From positions 299-64,298 of the forward strand of contig CAYVZU010000008.1 in the NCBI GenBank assembly GCA_964455935.1: a DNA stretch of 64,000 nt. Reading direction: 5' to 3'. This stretch comes from an uncultured Fibrobacterota bacterium. GTDB taxonomy: Bacteria > Fibrobacterota > CAYVZU01. Every line of letters begins with the position of its first letter. The stretch's first letter is position 1. The notes under the pieces are model-generated. The model ran no database searches, was not told where the DNA came from, and was given only the letters and a program-made list of their open reading frames with translations. Positions 56,571 through 64,000 of this stretch are shown one piece after another. The position numbers and the translations under genes are program-made.

Positions 56571-56800
56571 AAAATCAGGAGTTCATTTGCCGCTGATCTA
56601 TATCCCCGCCATGCCCCTATACATTTTGTCCAACATAGAGCCTGAAGCAGGGAGGAGTTCTGGCGCAAGGGACGGGGCTCCAAAACCGAGACCTTCGGTT
56701 AGTTGTTCAACATCAGAGCGGTTTTATATCCTTCTCCAACCAACAGACCTCCCTGCCCCTCCACTTTTATTATTTTCCTTCCATTCACACTGGAGGTCCA

Positions 56801-57808
56801 ATGAAGAGAACGTTTCTGCTGTCGTGCCTGGGCATTGCCGCGATTGTCAGTTGTTCCGCAAAATATGAGGATGGTATGTACGCCGAATTCCAGACTGCCA
56901 AGGGTAAGATCATCGCCAAGCTGTTTTATGAGCAGGCTCCCATGACGGTCTGCAATTTCGTGGGACTGGCCGAGGGCAAGATCAAATCGAACCGGACAGG
57001 GGTTAAGGGATTCTTTGACGGCCTGATCTTTCACCGTGTTGTTCCGGACTTCGTGGTCCAGGGCGGCGACCCACAGGGCAATGGCATGGGCGACCCGGGC
57101 TACAAGTTCCCGGATGAGTTTCATCTCTCTCTCCGCCACAACAGCGGGGGCATTCTTTCCATGGCCAACTCGGGCCCCAATAGCAACGGCAGTCAATTCT
57201 TTATCACCTTGAAGGAAACGCCCTGGCTCGACAACCGGCACGCCATTTTCGGCAAGGTGGTCGAAGGAATGGACGTAGTCAAAAAAATCGCCCAGGGCGA
57301 CACGATTCAAAAGGTCACCATTGTGCGAGAAGGCCGCGGCGCAAAGAAATTCAAGGCCGATCAGGCTGCATTCGAGGGCCATATCCAGGCCGCCAAGGAC
57401 AAGGTTGCCGCCGAGCAGAAAAAAGTCGAGGCGCAGAATCTGGCCGAGATCCAGAAGCGCTGGCCCAACCGGCAGACCACGGCCTCGGGGCTGATGTTTG
57501 TGATCACAAAGCCCGGCGCCGGCCCCAAGCCCGCTGCCGGAACACCGATCAAAGCCCACTACACGGGCACATTGATGGACGGGACCAAGTTCGACAGCTC
57601 GCTTGATCGTGGCACACCCTTCGACTTCACCGTGGGTCAGGGAATGGTGATCAAGGGCTGGGACGAAGCCTTCATGGATATGCAAAAGGGCGAAAAACGC
57701 ACGCTGATCATCCCGCCCGCGCTGGGCTATGGTGAACGCGGGGCCGGCAGCGTAATCCCGCCCAACGCGTACCTGGTTTTCGAGGTGGAGTTGGTGGATT
57801 TTAAATAA
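56801..57808 (+). CDS. Dual-family peptidyl-prolyl isomerase: cyclophilin domain fused to an FKBP domain, lipoprotein
   Basis: Signal peptide with a VSCS lipobox. Cyclophilin block [28 protein letters not shown] block [24 protein letters not shown]. Confidence 0.85.
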   Translation: MKRTFLLSCLGIAAIVSCSAKYEDGMYAEFQTAKGKIIAKLFYEQAPMTVCNFVGLAEGKIKSNRTGVKGFFDGLIFHRVVPDFVVQGGDPQGNGMGDPGYKFPDEFHLSLRHNSGGILSMANSGPNSNGSQFFITLKETPWLDNRHAIFGKVVEGMDVVKKIAQGDTIQKVTIVREGRGAKKFKADQAAFEGHIQAAKDKVAAEQKKVEAQNLAEIQKRWPNRQTTASGLMFVITKPGAGPKPAAGTPIKAHYTGTLMDGTKFDSSLDRGTPFDFTVGQGMVIKGWDEAFMDMQKGEKRTLIIPPALGYGERGAGSVIPPNAYLVFEVELVDFK

Positions 57809-57837
57809 CAATCGTGATACTCCCGAATGGGTTGCGG

Positions 57838-57868
57838 AAGGGGCGGTTTAAGCCGCCCCTTTTCTTTA
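57838..57868 (+). terminator. Rho-independent terminator after the PPIase gene
   Basis: GGGGCGG/CCGCCCC stem followed by TTTTCTTT. Confidence 0.65.
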
Positions 57869-57905
57869 CCTGTTCCTTGACTGCAATTAGAGCGGACACA
57901 TTCCG

Positions 57906-60578
57906 ATGCCTGATCTCTACCTGATTGACGGTTCCGCGCTAGCCTACCGCTCGTACTACGCTTTCATTCGCAATCCTCTAATCAACTCCAAAGGCGAAAA
58001 CACCAGCGCTTCGTATGGCTTCGCATCGGCTGTTCTTCGGCTGATCAAGAGCCGCAAGGTCGAATATATTGGCGTCACATTCGATACGGGAGCGCCCACC
58101 TTCCGTCATGAATCCTACAAGGAATACAAGGCGACGCGCAAGCCCATGCCGGACGATCTTAAAAGCCAGATCCCGCGCATTCACGAGGTGATCCGGGCCA
58201 TGGGAATGCCCCTGCTGCGATTGGAGGGCCATGAGGCCGATGACCTGATGGCCACGGTCTCGCGACAGGCCAGTGCGCAGGGATTCCGCGTGTTTCTGGT
58301 CACGCGCGACAAAGATTTGATGCAACTAGTCAAGGACGATGTGTTTCTGTTCGATATCGGAAACCTCAGGGAGATCGACCGCAAGGGCGTTGAGGAAGCC
58401 ATGGGCGTGGCGCCCGAACGCATTCCCGACCTCCTGGCTCTGATGGGTGATGCGAGCGACAACATTCCCGGGATCAAGGGAATTGGGCCCAAGGCGGCGC
58501 TTGATTTGATCGAGCGATTCGGCAGCTTTGACAAGGTGCTGGAAAATGCGGAGCGGATACCGCAAAAGGGAATGCGCCAGAAAGTGCTGGTAGGGATCGA
58601 ATCGGCCCGGCTCAGCCGCGAACTGGTGAAGCTCGACCAAAATGCGCCGGTTCGCTTTGAACCGGACTTTTTCCGATGGAAGGGGCTTTCGGGCGAGGCC
58701 GTCAGGAGCCTTTTCACGGAAATGGAGTTCACGTCCCTGATCAAGGACGTTTCCGACGAACCGCCTCCGGCCGGGCACGCGCAGAAAGTGGTTCTGGTGG
58801 GCACGAAGGCCGAGGCCGAAGCCTTGTGCAAGGCCATTCGGGCCAAGGGCAGCGTTGCCGTAATCACCAAGGCAACCGGAACCAGGCCTTTGATGGACCG
58901 CCTTGTGGGGCTGGGTTTTTCGCTGGAGGACGGACAGGCCTATTATGTTCCGGTCGGCCATAACCACGGCATGCCGGCCGAATGCGAAGAGATCTTCGCT
59001 TGTTTGAGGCCGATCCTGGACGACCCTGCCATCCGAAAATTTGGACACAATGTGCGCTTCGATTGGGAGCTTCTGGAACAGAGTGGATTCATTCTGGAGG
59101 GCGTCTTTTTTGACACGATGATCGCGGGGTATCTCCTCAATCCAACGAGCCGCGTTCATAACTTGAACGCTCTTTCGCAGCAGTACCTGGGCCGGGGAAG
59201 CCAATCGATGGTGGAATTGACCGGAACCGGAAAATGCCAAATCTGTTTTGACGACGTTGGAATCGACAAGGCCATGCTGCATACCGCGGCCGAGGCCGAG
59301 ACGATTCGCGATTTAATGGCGCCTTTGAAAACGAAAATAGACGAAGCCGGCCTTACGGCGCTTTTCGAAAAGCTGGAAATGCCGCTTGCGCCCGTCCTTA
59401 AGGCAATGGAAATGCGCGGGATTACCGTGGACAAAGATTTTTTGGGCGAACTCTCGCACAAATGGGAAATCCGCCAGACGGATTTGTGCCGCCAAATCTT
59501 CGAGCATGCGGGCGAGGAGTTTAACATCAATTCCACGCAGCAACTTGGGAAGATTCTCTTTGAGAAGCTTGGCCTAAAGCCGGTGAAAAAGACGAAGACC
59601 GGGCAATCGACGGATGTGGAGGTTTTGGAGGAGCTGGCCAATGTCCACCCTCTGCCGCGTATGATTCTGGAATACCGCCTGCTTCAAAAACTGAAGTCCA
59701 CCTATGTGGACGCGATTCCCCTTCTGATCAATCCCAAAACAGGGCGCGTACACACCTCGTATAACCAGACCGTGACCGCAACGGGGCGGTTGTCGTCGAG
59801 CGATCCCAATTTGCAGAACATTCCCATTCGCACCACCGAGGGAATGGAGATCCGCAAGGCCTTTGTTCCGGGGAAGCCGGAGTATCGGCTCTTATCCGCG
59901 GATTACTCGCAGATCGAGCTTCGGCTACTGGCCGCTTTCTCAAAGGATGAGGCCTTGCTGGAGGCGTTTCGGCGGAAGCAGGACATTCACCGCGCCACGG
60001 CAGCCCTGGTCTTTGGGATTTTTCCGGAGTTGGTGACGCCCGACCAGCGGCGGCAGGCCAAGGTCGTCAATTTCGGTGTGATCTATGGCATGAGCCCGTT
60101 TGGCCTGGCCAAACAACTTGGGATTTCCAATGCCGAAGCCAAGGCTTTTATCGACGCGTATTTCGCGAGCTATCCGGGCATTCGCGCATATCTCGATGGC
60201 GTATTGGAGCAAGCGCGCACAAAAGGTTTTGTGAGCACAATGACGGGACGCAAGCGCCCCATTCCCGAGATCAACAGCCCCAACGCGCAGATCCGCGGCC
60301 TGGCCGAGCGTGCGGCCATCAACATGCCCATCCAGGGCTCAGCCGCGGACATGATCAAGACCGCCATGATCGCCATTCACAACCGCCTTGCCAAACACAA
60401 GCTCGAAGCCTGGATGCTCCTTCAGGTCCACGATGAACTCGTCTTTGAGGTCCACAACGACCAGGTGCAAGACCTGGAAGATGTGGTCCGCGAAGAGATG
60501 GAGAATGTCTTCGAACTCCCCGTCCCGATTGTCGTCGATGTGAAGTCCGGCAAGAACTGGCTCGAAGCCCACGCATAG
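57906..60578 (+). CDS. polA: DNA polymerase I
   Basis: 5'-3' exonuclease N-terminus. Polymerase motifs A (DYSQIELR), B (RRQAKVVNFGVIYG) and C (VHDELVFE). Confidence 0.95.
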   Translation: MPDLYLIDGSALAYRSYYAFIRNPLINSKGENTSASYGFASAVLRLIKSRKVEYIGVTFDTGAPTFRHESYKEYKATRKPMPDDLKSQIPRIHEVIRAMGMPLLRLEGHEADDLMATVSRQASAQGFRVFLVTRDKDLMQLVKDDVFLFDIGNLREIDRKGVEEAMGVAPERIPDLLALMGDASDNIPGIKGIGPKAALDLIERFGSFDKVLENAERIPQKGMRQKVLVGIESARLSRELVKLDQNAPVRFEPDFFRWKGLSGEAVRSLFTEMEFTSLIKDVSDEPPPAGHAQKVVLVGTKAEAEALCKAIRAKGSVAVITKATGTRPLMDRLVGLGFSLEDGQAYYVPVGHNHGMPAECEEIFACLRPILDDPAIRKFGHNVRFDWELLEQSGFILEGVFFDTMIAGYLLNPTSRVHNLNALSQQYLGRGSQSMVELTGTGKCQICFDDVGIDKAMLHTAAEAETIRDLMAPLKTKIDEAGLTALFEKLEMPLAPVLKAMEMRGITVDKDFLGELSHKWEIRQTDLCRQIFEHAGEEFNINSTQQLGKILFEKLGLKPVKKTKTGQSTDVEVLEELANVHPLPRMILEYRLLQKLKSTYVDAIPLLINPKTGRVHTSYNQTVTATGRLSSSDPNLQNIPIRTTEGMEIRKAFVPGKPEYRLLSADYSQIELRLLAAFSKDEALLEAFRRKQDIHRATAALVFGIFPELVTPDQRRQAKVVNFGVIYGMSPFGLAKQLGISNAEAKAFIDAYFASYPGIRAYLDGVLEQARTKGFVSTMTGRKRPIPEINSPNAQIRGLAERAAINMPIQGSAADMIKTAMIAIHNRLAKHKLEAWMLLQVHDELVFEVHNDQVQDLEDVVREEMENVFELPVPIVVDVKSGKNWLEAHA

Positions 60579-60857
60579 GAAGAGTTGTCGGTTCTCGGTT
60601 GCGGGTCGGTATCGGAAATGTCCGGAGAAAACCGGCTGGCCGTTACTTTTCCTACCCTTCTGCCAGACCTATTGGTTCTTCAGTTCATCAAAGATGTTTT
60701 CACGGTCTGCCCGTTGCTGGAGGAGTTCAGAGGAAGAAACCCAAATTGCCGAGTGGATTTGGGCAACGACCGTTCCCGCTCCCAACAGCGCGGATGCGGA
60801 ATCGCTGGCTTTTGCGGGTTGGTCAACCCTTGATCCCAAATAGTATCTTTTTTTCAC

Positions 60858-61715
60858 ATGAAACGACCAATAATCTGCCTGATTGTGGTTTTTGCCGGCC
60901 TAATCGCCGGTTGCAGCCAAGAAGAGGGCACGCCCGTTATTGCCCGCGTGGGCGACTCCCGGCTGACGCTGCAAGATATCGAGGAATCGGTTCCTCCTGA
61001 GTATCTGCCGTTTATGACCCAGCAGCAATACAAAGACTATGTTCAGCGCTGGGTTGATTCGGAGGTCCTGCTTGCAGAGGCCGTCAAACGCAAGATAGAC
61101 CGGGATCCGGCTGCGCTCCGGCAACTGGAGAGAATCCGGCGGGAGGTCCTTGCGGCCCAACTGATCAGCCAGGCCTGTCCGCCGTCTGGCGATGTCTCGG
61201 ATCTTCAGATACAGCGGTATTACGAGCAGCATCAAAACGAATTCGTGCGCTCACAGTGGGAACTCAAGAGCCTCCACCTTCTGGTTTTGGACAATAGGCT
61301 GGCGTGGACCTTGCGCCAGCAGATTACGCCGGACAATTTTTTGGCCCTGGCCCGGCAGCATTCGATCGATCCCGTGGACGACCCCGAAAAGGCGGCATAC
61401 AAAACGGCCGGTGAAATGTTGCCCGAGCTGGCAGGTGTACTCATGGGCATTCGCGTGGGCGGTATTACAAACCCGATTCAGACGCCGCACGGCAGCTATA
61501 TTGTCCAGCTCCTCGACAAGCAACCTCCCAAGAGCGTGCGTCCGCTTTCGGAAGTGCGCGAGGAAATCGCCAACCGGCTCACCGCGGAGGAACAGAAAAA
61601 AGACGTGGCGAACCTGATCTCGACCTTAAAATCCGGCCTTGTGGTGGAAATGAACCTACGCCAGATTCCCGGCCTGGATTCCGCCCATAGCGGCGCGCGG
61701 ACAGTTTTGCCATAA
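60858..61715 (+). CDS. Parvulin-type (PpiC) PPIase / SurA-like lipoprotein
   Basis: Signal peptide with a LIAGCS lipobox. SurA_N-like region plus a parvulin-like domain. Confidence 0.65.
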   Translation: MKRPIICLIVVFAGLIAGCSQEEGTPVIARVGDSRLTLQDIEESVPPEYLPFMTQQQYKDYVQRWVDSEVLLAEAVKRKIDRDPAALRQLERIRREVLAAQLISQACPPSGDVSDLQIQRYYEQHQNEFVRSQWELKSLHLLVLDNRLAWTLRQQITPDNFLALARQHSIDPVDDPEKAAYKTAGEMLPELAGVLMGIRVGGITNPIQTPHGSYIVQLLDKQPPKSVRPLSEVREEIANRLTAEEQKKDVANLISTLKSGLVVEMNLRQIPGLDSAHSGARTVLP

Positions 61716-61773
61716 TGCGGCGCGGCGTCAAACCCGAGCGCCTGGAAACCAGCCTCAAATTCTGAACTAAGGA

Positions 61774-63084
61774 GTGCCATTCGAAATGGGAAAACAGAGT
61801 ATCGGTTTTATTCTCTTTCTGGTGTTGGCCACTGGTGCGGCAAGCGCCAAACCGGCCGACGGGGTGGTCGCGGTCGTGGACAAGGAAATTGTCCTGCTTT
61901 CGGAACTCAATGAGATTGCGCGCTTGTCATTTGCCCAGGAGCAAAAGGACGAACGGGACACGGCCACATTCAACGAGATGCGCCGGAAAATGTTGAGCCG
62001 CATCATCGACGATCGCATTCTGCTAGCCAAGGCCAATGCCGAAACCGTCGAGGTCACCGAGACCGAGATCAACCAAATGGTCGAGGAACAGGTGGGCGCT
62101 TTGGCCAAACGCTACGGTTCACTGGATTCGCTGGATAAGCAGCTGAAAACCGAGTACGGCCTTTCACTGGTCAAGCTGCGCCGAAAATATCGCAAAGACA
62201 TTCGCGACAACCTGGTCAAGCAACGATTCCGCGACAAGCTGGTCCGCAAAGCCGGGGTCACGCGCGACGAGGTGGCCAAATTTTTTTCCGACTACAAAGA
62301 CAGCCTTCCCAAAGAAGAGGCCAGCGTAAACCTCAGCCATATCATGTTGCGCGTTACGGCCACGCCCGACCTGGAGAAGAAAGCCGCGGAGAAGATCGGC
62401 CGCATTCAGGCGCGTTTGGCCAAAGGCGAGTCTTTTGCCAAGCTCGCGGTGGAGGTTTCCGAAGACCCAAGCGCCAAGGACAGCGGCGACGTTGGCTCGT
62501 TTGCCAAGGGCGAATTGGGCCTGCCGGAATTCGAAGAGGCGGCCTTTGCCCTCAAAGCCGGCCAGATCAGCGCGCCGGTTCGCACCGAAGTCGGCTATCA
62601 CCTGATCCAGGTGAAGGACCGGACCGACCGCAAGGTGCACGTGCGCCAGATCACCGTTATGGTGAAACCCACGCAATCGGAACAGCAAAAGGCGGCTTCG
62701 CGGCTGGACTCACTGCGGACAACACTCAAAGACTCGGTGTCCTTCGCGGCCGCGGCACAACGCATCTCGGAAGATGAGAATACGAAAACAAAAGGTGGGG
62801 CCTTGGGCTGGTATACAACCCAGCGAATGTCGCCCGAGTATGCCGACAGCATCAAAAACCTCGAAGAAGGCGAGATCAGCCGGCCTGTTGTCATTGGTGA
62901 TGGCGTGCACCTGTTCCGGATTAACCGCAAATCGAGCTCGCGCGAGCTTTCCCTGGCGGACGATTACGCGATGCTTGAACGGATGGCGCTTACCTACAAA
63001 GTCCAGAAACAAATGGAAGACCAACTTCGCAACTGGCGCAAGGACTATCATGTGCAGGTTTTCCTCAGCGAGTTTGAAAAATAG
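61774..63084 (+). CDS. surA: SurA-like periplasmic chaperone / PPIase
   Basis: Signal peptide, SurA_N domain, and a parvulin domain with GYHLIQV. Confidence 0.8.
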   Translation: MPFEMGKQSIGFILFLVLATGAASAKPADGVVAVVDKEIVLLSELNEIARLSFAQEQKDERDTATFNEMRRKMLSRIIDDRILLAKANAETVEVTETEINQMVEEQVGALAKRYGSLDSLDKQLKTEYGLSLVKLRRKYRKDIRDNLVKQRFRDKLVRKAGVTRDEVAKFFSDYKDSLPKEEASVNLSHIMLRVTATPDLEKKAAEKIGRIQARLAKGESFAKLAVEVSEDPSAKDSGDVGSFAKGELGLPEFEEAAFALKAGQISAPVRTEVGYHLIQVKDRTDRKVHVRQITVMVKPTQSEQQKAASRLDSLRTTLKDSVSFAAAAQRISEDENTKTKGGALGWYTTQRMSPEYADSIKNLEEGEISRPVVIGDGVHLFRINRKSSSRELSLADDYAMLERMALTYKVQKQMEDQLRNWRKDYHVQVFLSEFEK

Positions 63085-63219
63085 CGCCTGGCTATAGGCG
63101 ATTAGCCAGCAGCCTAGAGAAATCGGAAGAGTCAAGTTGTCAAGGCTTTGAGCGCTCAACGTCCGACGCCGGAAAGGCCGGAACTTCGGCTTTTATCCTT
63201 GGGCCACCATACTTTTCCT

Positions 63220-63957
63220 ATGAAATCCTACTCCCTTCTTGCTCCTTACTACGACCGGGTCATGGAGCATGTGGACTATGACCGGTGGCAGCATCTGATT
63301 CTGGCCATCGACAAGCGATTTCAACTGCGCAATCACCGCGTACTGGAACTGGGCGGCGGAACAGGAAAACTGGCGTTGCTTTTCGCGGAGCCGCCGTGGA
63401 CCTGGTGCTGCAGCGATCTCTGTTTCGAAATGGCACGGGTGGCCCGGCAGCGGCTTTCCGGTCCGGTTTGGGTTCAGGACGGCCGATTTCCTTCTGTACG
63501 GCCCGGCTTTGGGCTGGCGGTTTTCCTTTATGACGGAATCAACTACCTGCTCGAGCGGCCGGAATTCACAGCCTGCATTGAAGCCATCGCCAAAACGCTT
63601 GTGCCCGGCGGGTACTTTCTCTTCGATGTCACAACCGAGACAAACTCTCTCCGGCATTTCGTGGACTACCGATACACCGACTCCTTTGGCGAATGCAAAG
63701 TGGCGCGCCATTCCACCTACAATGCCACAACCCGGATCCAGGCCAATAAATTCGAGTTTTTCGAAAACTGCGGGGGCCGGCTGCGAAAAACCTGCAGCGA
63801 GCGCCATGAACAGCGCGTGTTTGCCCTTTCCGATATCCAGAAAATGCTTTCCAATGCGGGAAAGGTCGCCGAATTTGTGGGTATGTGGGACGGCTTCACT
63901 TTCAAACCCGCCACTCTTGAATCCGAGCGGGTTCATTTCCTACTGCGAAGAAAATAA
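63220..63957 (+). CDS. Class I SAM-dependent methyltransferase
   Basis: Motif I VLELGGGTG. The start is taken at MKSYSLL. The ORF-track start is 63148. Confidence 0.7.
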   Translation: MKSYSLLAPYYDRVMEHVDYDRWQHLILAIDKRFQLRNHRVLELGGGTGKLALLFAEPPWTWCCSDLCFEMARVARQRLSGPVWVQDGRFPSVRPGFGLAVFLYDGINYLLERPEFTACIEAIAKTLVPGGYFLFDVTTETNSLRHFVDYRYTDSFGECKVARHSTYNATTRIQANKFEFFENCGGRLRKTCSERHEQRVFALSDIQKMLSNAGKVAEFVGMWDGFTFKPATLESERVHFLLRRK

Positions 63958-64000
63958 TCCGGCTTAGCGCCCGCTCGGGAACCGAGATTCAGCCCTGCCG

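Noticed and set aside
1-64000. By-eye check for tRNA, rRNA and CRISPR arrays in all intergenic gaps over 80 bp
   Set aside because: No cloverleaf-compatible 70-90 nt segments, no rRNA signature blocks and no regularly spaced repeats were seen. RNA genes are not excluded without tRNAscan or Infernal.

Overview
This window reads as ordinary high-GC (roughly 60%) bacterial chromosome, not a plasmid or phage. I call about 56 protein-coding genes on both strands; RNA genes are not ruled out.

Walking the window:
- 1..8.6 kb: an envelope glycosylation neighbourhood. A translationally coupled four-gene operon encodes a GtrB/ArnC-like GT2 followed by three polytopic membrane proteins, at least one with GT-C/PMT-like motifs. 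A divergent GT2/GT-B pair and a further DPM1-like GT2 sit alongside.
- 9..19 kb: housekeeping genes: a DUF2225 zinc-ribbon protein, citrate synthase, a lipoprotein N-acetylmuramoyl-L-alanine amidase, an M48 peptidase, a DUF2062 protein and GlgX.
- 19..34 kb: a large phosphate island with two Pst systems.
  - Pst system 1 has a PhoU-LMWP fusion leading pstSCAB1B2, and its two pstB genes show complementary motif degeneracy.
  - A Pho-box-like promoter lies next to it.
  - Then come phoB-phoR, an AhpD-like protein and an OprO/P-type porin.
  - Pst system 2 (pstSCAB-phoU) is canonical.
- 34.9..37.2 kb: a kup potassium transporter preceded by a c-di-AMP (ydaO-type) riboswitch candidate and an in-frame upstream ORF.
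- 37.5..47 kb: an ECF sigma/anti-sigma pair, a response regulator, two large PAS histidine kinases and a PHP-domain protein.
- 47.2..49.4 kb: a GT1-TPR protein.
- 49.6..56.4 kb: a MerR regulator, then a flagellar late-gene block (flgJ-like, flgN, flgK, flgL, flagellin, fliW, csrA).
- 56.8..64 kb: a cyclophilin-FKBP fusion lipoprotein, polA, two SurA/parvulin chaperones and a methyltransferase.

Two families of GC-rich, inverted-repeat-bounded intergenic repeats (MITE/REP-like) recur through the window. Coordinates of short motifs may be off by 1-2 nt.
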